Shown here in pieces: positions 10,097 to 19,510 of a stretch of 64,000 bases of DNA. The notes beneath the pieces were generated by a model. It saw only the letters and a program-made list of their open reading frames with translations, made no database searches and was not told the DNA's origin. The position numbers and the translations under genes are program-made. Within the stretch, counting starts at the first letter, position 1, and each line of letters begins with the position of its first letter. This DNA is from Clostridium sp. Its GTDB lineage: Bacteria; Bacillota; Clostridia; Clostridiales; Clostridiaceae. The stretch covers positions 1,823 to 65,822 of the forward strand of contig JAVWLU010000008.1 in NCBI GenBank assembly GCA_036637795.1, read 5' to 3'.

Positions 10097-11158
10097 ATGG
10101 TTAAAAAGTTTTTGATAGGTATTGGAATATTAGTGGGTGTAATTACAGTTACTATTGGAGGGTATTTAGGATATCTAACAGTAAAAGATTATAGACCAAA
10201 GGAAGTAGTTAATTTAGAAGTAGATAATAACCAATCAGATAAAGTTAAAGTAGGAGAAGAACTTACAGTTATAACTAGTAATATAGGCTATGGTGGAATG
10301 GATAAGGATGTACACTTCTTTATGGATGGCGGATCTATGTCAAGAGCTATAAGCAAGGATAGGGTTATATATAACACAAATAAAGCAATAGAAGTTTTAA
10401 AAGAAGAAGGCGCAGACATAGTTATGCTTCAAGAAGTTGATATTGATTCAACTAGAAGTTATGAAATAAATCAGTACGATATGATAAAAGAAGGATTAAA
10501 TAAATTTGGATTATCATATGCAATAAATTATGATGTTCCATGGCTTGCACTTCCATTAGCAGAACCACATGGTAAAGTGTTAGCAAGTCAAGTAACACTA
10601 GCTAATAAAGAAGTTATAGCAAGTGATAGAATTGCATTACCTATAGATGAAGCATGGCCTCAAAGACTTGCTGGACTAGATAGAAATATGCTAGTAAGTA
10701 GACTAAGTGTAGAAAATGGAAAAGAATTAGTTGTGATTAATGTTCACTTATCAGCTTATGATAAAGGTGGAGTAATAAGAAAGCTTCAATTAGAAAAGGT
10801 AAGTAAAATTTTAGAAGATGAATATGCAAAAGGCAACTATGTAGTTATTGGTGGGGATTGGAACCAAGCAATTCCAGGTAGTGATGCAAGTATATTTGAA
10901 ACAGAAGAGGAATGGCCAGAATGGTTAGTTGATATTCCAGATACATTTAACCCTAAGGGATATTCATGGAAGTTTGATGGAACAGTACCAAGCTGTAGAA
11001 ATGCAGGTAAAGAATATATCAAGGGATATAACTTCCTTTCAGTAATTGATGGATTTATGGTTTCAGATAATATAGAAGTATCAGAAATAAAAGGAATAGA
11101 TACTGAGTTTGAATATTCAGATCATAATCCTGTTAAAATTAATATTAAACTTAAATAG
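10097..11158 (+). CDS. membrane-anchored endonuclease/exonuclease/phosphatase (EEP) family protein
   Basis: N-terminal TM helix; LQEVD, NVHL, GGDWN, SDHNPV motifs. Confidence 0.85.
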   Translation: MVKKFLIGIGILVGVITVTIGGYLGYLTVKDYRPKEVVNLEVDNNQSDKVKVGEELTVITSNIGYGGMDKDVHFFMDGGSMSRAISKDRVIYNTNKAIEVLKEEGADIVMLQEVDIDSTRSYEINQYDMIKEGLNKFGLSYAINYDVPWLALPLAEPHGKVLASQVTLANKEVIASDRIALPIDEAWPQRLAGLDRNMLVSRLSVENGKELVVINVHLSAYDKGGVIRKLQLEKVSKILEDEYAKGNYVVIGGDWNQAIPGSDASIFETEEEWPEWLVDIPDTFNPKGYSWKFDGTVPSCRNAGKEYIKGYNFLSVIDGFMVSDNIEVSEIKGIDTEFEYSDHNPVKINIKLK

Positions 11159-11168
11159 GTGATTTAAT

Positions 11169-12101
11169 ATGAGTGCAAGTAGAGAAATTTTTATAAAGGG
11201 TTTAGATAATAAAGAAATATTTCTTAGGATTTGGGATTATGTAGAACAGCCAAAAGCAGTAGTTCAGATATTTCATGGTATGGCAGAACACAGTGAAAGA
11301 TATGATGATTTTGCAAAGTATCTTAATAAACAGGGATATATTGTGTATTCAGATGATCACAGGGGACATGGTAAGTCTAAAGACAAAAATGGATTTGGAC
11401 ATGTTGGTGAAAATGGGTTTAACAATATAGTTGAAGATGAAAATCTAATAACAGAATTAATAAAGCGAGAATATAAGAATATTCCTGTATATATTTTTGC
11501 ACATAGCTTTGGATCATTTATAGGACAAGAATATATAACAAAATACTCTAAGAATATAGATGGAATAATCCTATCAGGTTCAGCAAAACAAGATGGAATA
11601 GAAATAAAATTAGCTGCAGTTTTAGCAAAAATTCAAAGAAAATTATTTAATGAAAATGAAGAGGCAAGACTTATTGATAAATTATCATTTGGATCATTTA
11701 ATAAAGGAATAGACAATCAGAGAGGAAAATTTGATTGGTTAACTAGGGATACCAATGAAGTAGATAAATATATAGAAGATGAGAACTGCGGATTTATATC
11801 GCCAATAAATTTCTATTATAATTTATTTAAAGGATTAAACGAACTATATTCAATAGATAAGCTTAATAAAATAAGTAAAGTATTGCCTATATTAATTCTA
11901 TCAGGTGATAGAGATCCAGTAGGGAAGTATGGTAAGTCGGTAACTAGATTATATGAGCAATACAGAGACTTAGGTGTAAATAATGTATCAATAAAATTAT
12001 ATGATGATGCAAGGCATGAATTGTTAAATGAGATAAATAAAGATGAAGTATATGATTATGTGGGTAAGTGGATTACTAGTAAAATAAAATTGAATAAATA
12101 A
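11169..12101 (+). CDS. alpha/beta hydrolase, lysophospholipase/monoacylglycerol lipase-like
   Basis: HGMAEH, DHRGHG, AHSFG nucleophile elbow, ARHELLNE. Confidence 0.88.
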   Translation: MSASREIFIKGLDNKEIFLRIWDYVEQPKAVVQIFHGMAEHSERYDDFAKYLNKQGYIVYSDDHRGHGKSKDKNGFGHVGENGFNNIVEDENLITELIKREYKNIPVYIFAHSFGSFIGQEYITKYSKNIDGIILSGSAKQDGIEIKLAAVLAKIQRKLFNENEEARLIDKLSFGSFNKGIDNQRGKFDWLTRDTNEVDKYIEDENCGFISPINFYYNLFKGLNELYSIDKLNKISKVLPILILSGDRDPVGKYGKSVTRLYEQYRDLGVNNVSIKLYDDARHELLNEINKDEVYDYVGKWITSKIKLNK

Positions 12102-12128
12102 ATCAATTTTCATTATGAGAATTAATTG

Positions 12129-12167
12129 GGGATGTATAAAAAATGATTTATCACTTTTGTACATCCC
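12129..12167 (+). terminator. hairpin after the hydrolase gene
   Basis: GGGATGTATAAAA...TTTTGTACATCCC. Confidence 0.6.
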
Positions 12168-12276
12168 TAATTAATTTAGACTTTAAAATTGTTATACAGC
12201 CCATTATTTAAATTGTTTAGAATAAAAACTTAGTTTATAATGAAAAAGTAAATAAGACTGATAAGGAGTGCATAAG

Positions 12277-13077
12277 ATGGTTAAGTTAATAGCTATAGAT
12301 ATGGATGGAACTTTATTAAATGAAAAGAAAGAATTAACTCAAGAGAATAAAGATGCCATAAAAGAGGCAGTTGATAAAGGTGTTAAAGTTGTAATTTGTA
12401 CAGGTAGACCATGTGAAGGTATCGAAAGTACATTATCACAATTACATCAAGATAAAGAAAATCAATATGTTATATCATTTAATGGAACATTAATTAAGAA
12501 TGTTACAGATGGTACAAGCATTAGAGTTGGTGGATTAAAGGGAAGTGACTTACATTACTTACACAATTTAAGTAAAGAACATGGAGTTAATATACATGCT
12601 TTCTCAGAAACTCAAGGATTAATTACACCTAAAGCAAGTAAGTATACTGATGTAGAAGCTAATATAAATGGAATTTCATATAAAATTGCAGATTTTAATG
12701 AAGTTTCAGAAGATGAAGATATAGTTAAGATAATGCTTATAGATGAACCAGAAGTATTACAAAAAGCAGTAGATAATTTACCAGAAGAAGTTTATGAAAA
12801 GTACTCTGTAGTAAGAAGTACTCCATATTTCTTAGAGTTTTTAGATAAAAAGGTAGATAAGGGTGTTGCTGTTAAAATACTAGCAGAGCATTGTGATATT
12901 GAAAGGTCAAGAGTTATGTGTATTGGTGATGCAGGAAATGATTATGCAATGATCAAATATGCAGGTGTTGGAGTTGCAATGGGAAATGCATTTGATGAAA
13001 TAAAAGAAATTGCAGATTTTATAACAGAATCAAACGAAAATAGCGGTGTTGCAGTAGCGATTAGAAAGTTTATTTAG
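12277..13077 (+). CDS. Cof-type HAD-IIB sugar phosphatase (YidA-like)
   Basis: DMDGTLL, CTGR, VDKG, IGDAGND. Confidence 0.9.
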   Translation: MVKLIAIDMDGTLLNEKKELTQENKDAIKEAVDKGVKVVICTGRPCEGIESTLSQLHQDKENQYVISFNGTLIKNVTDGTSIRVGGLKGSDLHYLHNLSKEHGVNIHAFSETQGLITPKASKYTDVEANINGISYKIADFNEVSEDEDIVKIMLIDEPEVLQKAVDNLPEEVYEKYSVVRSTPYFLEFLDKKVDKGVAVKILAEHCDIERSRVMCIGDAGNDYAMIKYAGVGVAMGNAFDEIKEIADFITESNENSGVAVAIRKFI

Positions 13078-13115
13078 ATAATAAAAATAAAAAAATGGAA
13101 ATTTATTCATTTTTA

Positions 13116-13143
13116 TTGACATCTTGTGTAGGTTTGATATAAT
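13116..13143 (+). promoter_or_regulatory. sigma-A promoter of the aro leader and operon
   Basis: TTGACA (13116-13121), 16-nt spacer, extended TG-n-TATAAT (13138-13143). Confidence 0.85.
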
Positions 13144-13190
13144 TATGAAAAAGAAATATTTTACAAATAATACTTTTGGAGGAATATATT

Positions 13191-13325
13191 ATGAAGGGAT
13201 CAAAGAGATTAAGTTTAACAGCAAAATTACATAGCTTTTTTTACTTTAGCTTCTGGGGCTTTTATTTTAGCGCTGGCTATTTGTTTTGCAAAAAATTTAA
13301 TAAATCTCTCGTGGTGAGTTTATAA
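13191..13325 (+). CDS. aromatic-rich leader peptide, 44 aa: MKGSKRLSLTAKLHSFFYFSFWGFYFSAGYLFCKKFNKSLVVSL
   Basis: GGAGGA RBS at 13178-13183; ATG 13191; TAA 13323-13325; 9 of 11 residues aromatic at codons 16-26; translated by hand. Confidence 0.85.
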   Translation: MKGSKRLSLTAKLHSFFYFSFWGFYFSAGYLFCKKFNKSLVVSL

Positions 13326-13375
13326 TATATTTTAACTAAATTTATAATACAAAGATTATATATTTTGATGATATT

Positions 13376-13402
13376 AGAGAACTCGCAAGGGTTCTCTTTT
13401 TT
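13376..13402 (+). terminator. attenuator terminator of the aro operon
   Basis: AGAGAACTC-GCAA-GGGTTCTCT followed by T run; lies between promoter and first gene. Confidence 0.88.
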
Positions 13403-13601
13403 AATGTAGAATTTAGAATTTAGAATTTAGAATGAAGGATAAAACTCCGGTGGGGTTTTTAAAAATAATAAGAATTTAAAATTGAGAATTTAAGATTGAT
13501 GATTAGTTATAAAATTCTAACAGAGTTTTGAAAAACTAATTAAAGAAATTCTGAAAGAATTTCTACAATAATTTTAAATTTTAAATTTTAAATTCTAAAT
13601 T
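13403..13601. repeat. repeat family A, copy 1 (composite)
   Basis: (AATTTAG)n left arm; AAAACTCC/GGGGTTTT and GAAATTCT/AGAATTTC hairpins; (TTAAATT/CTAAATT)n right arm. Confidence 0.85.
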
Positions 13602-13624
13602 AAAATAATTAGGGGGCAAAAAAG

Positions 13625-14638
13625 ATGATAGTAATTTTAAAACCAAAAACAAAGCAAGAGGATATTCAAAAATTAACAGATGTAATTGAAAAGTTAGGTG
13701 TTGGGGTAAATCCAGTTGTAGGATCTGACTTAATAATCTTAGGTTTAGTTGGGGATACAAGCAAAGTAGATCCATCTAAGATTGAATCAAATCCAAACGT
13801 TGAGAGAGTTATGAAGGTTCAAGAACCTTATAAGAAAGCTAATAAGTTATTCCATCCAGAACCAACAGTAATTGATGTTTGTGGACAACAAATTGGTGGA
13901 AACAAGATTGCTATGATAGCAGGTCCTTGTTCAGTTGAAAGTGAAGAACAAATAACTGAAATCGCAGAAGATGTTAAGAAGTTAGGGGCAAACTTCTTAA
14001 GAGGTGGCGCATTTAAACCAAGAACTTCACCATATGCATTCCAAGGATTGAAATATGATGGATTAGATTTATTAAATAAAGCTAAAGAAAAAACTGGATT
14101 ACCAATAGTAAGTGAAATAATGTCACCAAATGATATTGAATTCTTCAATGAAAATGTTGATATAATCCAAGTTGGTGCAAGAAATATGCAAAACTTTGAT
14201 TTATTAAAAGAATTAGGAAAGATAAGAAAACCAATCTTATTAAAGAGAGGCTTATCTGCTACAATAGAAGAGCTATTAATGAGTGCAGAATACATTATGG
14301 CTGGTGGAAATCCAAATGTTATCCTTTGTGAAAGAGGAATTAGAACATTTGAAACATACACAAGAAATACTTTAGATTTAAGTGCTGTTGTAGCAATTAA
14401 ACAATTAAGTCACTTACCTGTAGTTATTGACCCAAGTCATGCAACAGGAAAATGGTGGATGGTAGAACCATTAGCTAAAGCGGCAGTTGCTGTTGGAGCA
14501 GATGGATTAATTATAGAAGTTCATAATGATCCAGCTAATGCATTATGTGATGGACCACAATCTATTAAACCAGACGTTTTCGGAAAGCTTATGGAAGATT
14601 TAAAACCTATTGCAGCAGCAGTTGGAAGAGAAATATAG
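13625..14638 (+). CDS. aroF: DAHP synthase type I-beta with N-terminal regulatory domain, paralog 1
   Basis: AGPCSVES, GGAFKPRTSPY, LCERGIRTFE, DPSH. Confidence 0.95.
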   Translation: MIVILKPKTKQEDIQKLTDVIEKLGVGVNPVVGSDLIILGLVGDTSKVDPSKIESNPNVERVMKVQEPYKKANKLFHPEPTVIDVCGQQIGGNKIAMIAGPCSVESEEQITEIAEDVKKLGANFLRGGAFKPRTSPYAFQGLKYDGLDLLNKAKEKTGLPIVSEIMSPNDIEFFNENVDIIQVGARNMQNFDLLKELGKIRKPILLKRGLSATIEELLMSAEYIMAGGNPNVILCERGIRTFETYTRNTLDLSAVVAIKQLSHLPVVIDPSHATGKWWMVEPLAKAAVAVGADGLIIEVHNDPANALCDGPQSIKPDVFGKLMEDLKPIAAAVGREI

Positions 14639-14824
14639 TTAATTTACAGTTATCAGTTAAAGGTGATGAATTATCACTTTTTTAAACAACAGTTTGAGAT
14701 TTATAGATTCTACTCAAGTAGTAGAAGTATGTAATAGAAGTAATACAATAAATAAAATATTACTTCTATTACTTAAATTATAGTTTATAACAGATAAGTT
14801 AAAGCTATAAATCAGGAGGTTAGA

Positions 14825-15874
14825 GTGGAATTAAGAGTTAATTTAGATAAAAGAAGTTATGATATTAAAATTGAAAAAGGACTTTTTAATAATATATCTA
14901 ATGAAGTTAAAGAAGTATTTAAAGGAAAGAAAATATTTATTTTAACTGATAAAAATGTAGATAAATATTATGGAGAATCGATAAAATCACAATTAGAAGA
15001 TGGTGGGTTTACAGTTAAAAAACTTGTTTTAGAAGCTGGTGAAGCAACAAAATCTTTTAATACACTTCCTATTGTATATAATGAAATGTTAGAATTTAAA
15101 CTTACAAGAAGTGATGTTCTTTTAGCATTAGGTGGTGGAGTTATTGGTGATTTAGGTGGATTTGTAGCTTCTTCATATTTAAGAGGTATTGATTTTATTC
15201 AATGTCCAACTTCATTACTTGCTCAAGTAGATTCAAGTGTTGGTGGTAAAGTTGCAGTTGATTTAGAAAAGGGTAAAAACCTTGTTGGCGCATTTTATCA
15301 TCCAAAGAAAGTGATTATAGATCCATCAGTATTAAATACTTTAGAAGATAGATTCTTTATAGATGGAATGGCTGAAGTAATTAAATATGGATGCATAAAA
15401 GACAAAGAGTTATTCACACTTCTTGATAATTTAGGTTCAAAAGAAGAAGTTATCAACAACATCGAACAAATAATTCACAATTGTTGCAATATTAAAAGAA
15501 TAGTTGTGGAAAACGATGAGCTTGATAAGGGAGAAAGAATGCTTTTAAACTTTGGGCATACTCTAGGTCATGCAATTGAGCAATATTATAATTATGCTAC
15601 ATACTCTCATGGTGAAGGCGTAGCTATAGGAATGTATATAATAACTAAACTAAGTGAAGAAAAAGGAATAACTTCAAATGGTGAAGCAGATAAAATAAAA
15701 GATATATTAGTTAAGTTTGGATTACCTTATGAAGCAGAAGTAGATATAAATGATATATTAGAAGCAATTTCACTTGATAAAAAGAATTTAGGAAGTACAT
15801 TAAATGTAATTTTACTAAAAGAAATAGGTGAATCTATTATATATAAAACTAATATTAGTTTTTTTGAAATGTAG
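14825..15874 (+). CDS. aroB: 3-dehydroquinate synthase
   Basis: [38 protein letters not shown]. Confidence 0.96.
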   Translation: MELRVNLDKRSYDIKIEKGLFNNISNEVKEVFKGKKIFILTDKNVDKYYGESIKSQLEDGGFTVKKLVLEAGEATKSFNTLPIVYNEMLEFKLTRSDVLLALGGGVIGDLGGFVASSYLRGIDFIQCPTSLLAQVDSSVGGKVAVDLEKGKNLVGAFYHPKKVIIDPSVLNTLEDRFFIDGMAEVIKYGCIKDKELFTLLDNLGSKEEVINNIEQIIHNCCNIKRIVVENDELDKGERMLLNFGHTLGHAIEQYYNYATYSHGEGVAIGMYIITKLSEEKGITSNGEADKIKDILVKFGLPYEAEVDINDILEAISLDKKNLGSTLNVILLKEIGESIIYKTNISFFEM

Positions 15875-16001
15875 AATGTAGAATGTAAAATTTAGAATGT
15901 AGGATAAAACTTCTGCGAAGTTTTTGAATAAAGAAAATATGAAAGAAAATATGAAAGAATTTCAACAATAATTTTAAATTCTAAATTTTAAATTCTAAAT
16001 T
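15868..16001. repeat. repeat family A, copy 2; overlaps the aroB stop codon
   Basis: (AATGTAG/AATTTAG)n-GATAAAACTTC-tgc-GAAGTTTT...GAATTTCAACAAT-(CTAAATT)n. Confidence 0.85.
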
Positions 16002-16015
16002 AAAAAGGAGGCCTA

Positions 16016-17320
16016 GTGGTGGCAGATTTAAAGTTAATAAAATCAAAATTAAACGGTGAAGTTAAGGTACCACCTTCTAAGTCTATGGGACATAGAGCTA
16101 TAATTTGTGCAGCTTTGGGGCATGGAACAAGTAAGATTTATAATATAGATTACTCTGATGATATGATAGCTACAATTGAAGGAATGTCTTCATTTGGAGC
16201 AGTTATAAATAAGGGAGAAGATTACCTTGAAGTAGTTGGTGCATTTAGCAAGGATAAAGAAGTTAAAGTAGAAGATACAAGATTAGTAAATTGTAAGGAA
16301 TCTGGCTCCACTTTAAGATTTCTTGTGCCAATATCATTATTATTTGATGGTAAATCAAAATTTATTGGTGAAGGGAATTTAGGAAAAAGACCTTTAAAAA
16401 CTTTCTATGATATATTTGATAATCAAGGGATAGAGTACTCATATACAGATGAGGTTTTAGATTTAACAATTAATGGTAGTTTAAAAGCGGATACTTTTGA
16501 AGTTGAAGGTAATGTAAGTTCTCAGTTTATAACTGGGTTACTTTTCACTCTTCCATTATTAGATGGAGATTCTAAAATTGTAATTACTACAGAAATGGAA
16601 TCTAAAGGATATATAGATTTAACTTTATCGTGTTTAAAAGATTTTGGAATTGAGATAATTAATAATGATTATAAAGAATTTATTATTAAAGGAAATCAAG
16701 AGTATCAAAGTAGAGAATATAGAGTTGAAGGTGACTATTCACAAGCAGCCTTTTTCCTATCAGCAAATGCTTTGGGTTCTGATATTATTATTAATGATTT
16801 AAAACTTGATTCACTTCAAGGTGATAAGGAAGTTATAGATATCTTAAAAAGAATGGGATTAGAGTTTAAGGAATCTGGTACAGGATTAACTTGTACTTTA
16901 AATAGAGAATTAAATTCTACAGTTATTGATGGATCACAATGTCCTGATATAATTCCTGTTATTTCAGTAGTTGCCGCTTTAAGCAAAGGAACAACTAAAA
17001 TAATAAATTCATCAAGACTTAGAATTAAGGAATGTGATAGATTAAAGGCTATGGCAACTGAATTAACTAAACTTGGTGCAAAGATTGAAGAAACAAAAGA
17101 TGGATTAATTATTGAAGGTGTAGAAGAATTTGAAGGTGGAGTCACAACTTGGAGTTGGAAAGACCATAGAATTTCAATGAGTTTAGCTATAGCTTCTACA
17201 AGATGTAAAAATCCAATTATTATAAAAGATTCAGAATGTGTTGCAAAATCATATCCAGGATTTTTTGAAGATTTTAAGATGTTAGGAGGAACTGTGAATG
17301 AGTGGAGTTTGGGGCAATAA
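16016..17320 (+). CDS. aroA: EPSP synthase
   Basis: PPSKSMGHR, ESGSTLRF, SSQFITGL, KECDRL, DHRI. Confidence 0.95.
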   Translation: MVADLKLIKSKLNGEVKVPPSKSMGHRAIICAALGHGTSKIYNIDYSDDMIATIEGMSSFGAVINKGEDYLEVVGAFSKDKEVKVEDTRLVNCKESGSTLRFLVPISLLFDGKSKFIGEGNLGKRPLKTFYDIFDNQGIEYSYTDEVLDLTINGSLKADTFEVEGNVSSQFITGLLFTLPLLDGDSKIVITTEMESKGYIDLTLSCLKDFGIEIINNDYKEFIIKGNQEYQSREYRVEGDYSQAAFFLSANALGSDIIINDLKLDSLQGDKEVIDILKRMGLEFKESGTGLTCTLNRELNSTVIDGSQCPDIIPVISVVAALSKGTTKIINSSRLRIKECDRLKAMATELTKLGAKIEETKDGLIIEGVEEFEGGVTTWSWKDHRISMSLAIASTRCKNPIIIKDSECVAKSYPGFFEDFKMLGGTVNEWSLGQ

Positions 17321-18377
17321 TATAAAGGTCTCAATATTTGGTGAATCTCATGGCGTTGGGATTGGTATCACAATAGATGGATTACCATCAGGTATTGAAT
17401 TAGACTTAGAAGAAATCGAACTTGAAATGGCTAGAAGAGCTCCAGGAAAAAGCAGTTTATCTACAGCTAGAAAAGAAGGAGACAAAGTAGAAATACTTAG
17501 TGGATTTTTTGAAGGCAAAACTACAGGAACTCCCCTTTGTGGAATCATTAGAAATAGTGATATGAGATCAAAGGACTATGGAAAGCTTAAAGATGTTATG
17601 AGACCAGGTCATGCTGATTATTCAGGACATATGAGATATGATGGATTTAATGATTATAGAGGTGGAGGACATTTTTCAGGAAGAATTACTGCACCACTAG
17701 TATTTGCAGGTTCTATTGCAAAACAAATATTAGAAAAGCAAGGAATCTATATAGCGGCACATGTTAGTTCAATAGGTACTATCAAAGATAATAGCTTTAA
17801 GGATAACACTTTAACTTTAGATGAGTTAAAAGAATTAAGGCTTAAGGAATTACCTTTATTAAATGAAGCTTTAGAAGATGAAATGAGAAACTACATACTA
17901 GAAGCTAAAAAAGACGGAGACTCTGTTGGTGGAAAGATTGAATGTACAGTAGTAGGAATGAATGCAGGTCTAGGAAATCCATTCTTTGATTCTGTAGAAT
18001 CTAGCTTAGCTCATTTATTATTCTCAGTTCCTGCTGTAAAGGGAGTTGAGTTTGGTCTTGGATTTAATATGACTGAAATGAGAGGCTCAGAGTGTAATGA
18101 TGAGTATTATTATGAAGAAGACAGAGTATTAGCAAGAACAAATAATAATGGTGGAATAATAGGGGGTATAACTAATGGAATGCCTATATTATTCACAGTT
18201 GGAATTAAACCAACACCTTCAATATCAAAAGAACAAAATACTATTGATGTTGGGGATAAGGTAAATACAACTCTTAAAGTAGAAGGAAGACACGATCCAT
18301 GTATAGTTCAAAGAGCATTACCTGTAATTGAAGCAGTAACTGCAATTGGGATTTTGGATTTAGTTAAGGAGAGGTAA
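17298..18377 (+). CDS. aroC: chorismate synthase
   Basis: FGESHG, RPGHAD, KPTPSI, GRHDPC. Confidence 0.96.
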   Translation: MSGVWGNNIKVSIFGESHGVGIGITIDGLPSGIELDLEEIELEMARRAPGKSSLSTARKEGDKVEILSGFFEGKTTGTPLCGIIRNSDMRSKDYGKLKDVMRPGHADYSGHMRYDGFNDYRGGGHFSGRITAPLVFAGSIAKQILEKQGIYIAAHVSSIGTIKDNSFKDNTLTLDELKELRLKELPLLNEALEDEMRNYILEAKKDGDSVGGKIECTVVGMNAGLGNPFFDSVESSLAHLLFSVPAVKGVEFGLGFNMTEMRGSECNDEYYYEEDRVLARTNNNGGIIGGITNGMPILFTVGIKPTPSISKEQNTIDVGDKVNTTLKVEGRHDPCIVQRALPVIEAVTAIGILDLVKER

Positions 18378-18379
18378 GT

Positions 18380-19498
18380 ATGAGTGAATTAGATGGTTAT
18401 AGAATTGAAATAGATGAAATAGACAGCCAATTAGTTAAGTTATTTGAAAAAAGAATGGATGTAGCTAAAAAGGTTGTTGAGTACAAAATTCAAAATGGAT
18501 TACCTATTTATAATGGAGCAAGAGAGCAAGAAGTAATTCAAAAGAATGTTAATAAGCTACAAAATAAAGAGTATGCTGATTACACTCAAACATTCTTTAA
18601 TGATTTAATGGAAGTAAGTAGAGAACTTCAAAATAAGATTATGTATGGAGAAGATATTAGGAATGTATCTCCAGAAAAAATTGGTTTCCAAGGAGTTAAA
18701 GGTTCATTTAGTGAAGAAGCTTTAATTAAGTTCTTTGGTTCATCAATAGGTGCTAAATCTTATGATGAGTTTGAAGATGTATTTATTTCATTAGATAAAA
18801 AAGAAATAGATTATGCAATACTACCTATTGAAAATTCTTGTACAGGTCCAATAACAGCAGTTTATGATTTGCTAAAGAAATATGATTTTCATATTGTTGG
18901 GGAAGAGTGTATAAGAATTGAGCAACATTTAATAGGGGTTAAGGGTTCTACATTAGAAAATATTGATGAGATATATTCACATCCACAAGGATTTGAACAA
19001 AGCCATGCATTTTTAAGTGGATATAATCATTTAAAGCTTATTCCATTCCATAATACTGCAATAAGTGCAAAGATGATTCGTGATCTTAACGATAAATCTA
19101 AAGCTGCAATTGCAAGTAAAAGGGCAGCAGACATTTATGGCCTTGATATAATTAGGGAAACTATAAATGATAAGAATGATAACTTTACTAAGTTTATAAT
19201 AATAGGAAGAGGTCTAGAAGTATCAAAAAATGCTGATAAGATGTCTGTAGTATTTTCATTAGAAGATGAAGCAGGTACATTATATGGTTTATTAAAATAC
19301 TTTGCAGATAATAATATAAATCTTATTAAGATAGAATCAAGACCTAATAAGCATGCCTCATGGAAGTATATGCTTTATATCGATTTTGAAGGAAACTTAA
19401 GAGATAATAAAGTTAAAAATGCTTTAGAACTTATAAAAGATAACAGTAAGTACTTTAAGATTTTAGGATGTTATGAAAGGTTCGAAAGTCATAATTAA
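18380..19498 (+). CDS. pheA: bifunctional chorismate mutase / prephenate dehydratase with ACT domain
   Basis: N-terminal CM (RIEIDEID), PIENS, SHPQ, IESRP. Confidence 0.92.
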   Translation: MSELDGYRIEIDEIDSQLVKLFEKRMDVAKKVVEYKIQNGLPIYNGAREQEVIQKNVNKLQNKEYADYTQTFFNDLMEVSRELQNKIMYGEDIRNVSPEKIGFQGVKGSFSEEALIKFFGSSIGAKSYDEFEDVFISLDKKEIDYAILPIENSCTGPITAVYDLLKKYDFHIVGEECIRIEQHLIGVKGSTLENIDEIYSHPQGFEQSHAFLSGYNHLKLIPFHNTAISAKMIRDLNDKSKAAIASKRAADIYGLDIIRETINDKNDNFTKFIIIGRGLEVSKNADKMSVVFSLEDEAGTLYGLLKYFADNNINLIKIESRPNKHASWKYMLYIDFEGNLRDNKVKNALELIKDNSKYFKILGCYERFESHN

Positions 19499-19510
19499 GG
19501 AGATTTTAAG

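Noticed and set aside
13150-13402. T-box riboswitch as the explanation for the aro leader
   Set aside because: No UGGNACC antiterminator bulge (the nearest text is GTGGTGAG) and no recognisable AGUA or specifier-loop layout; the RBS, ORF and aromatic codon run fit a leader peptide better. An Infernal scan would settle it.
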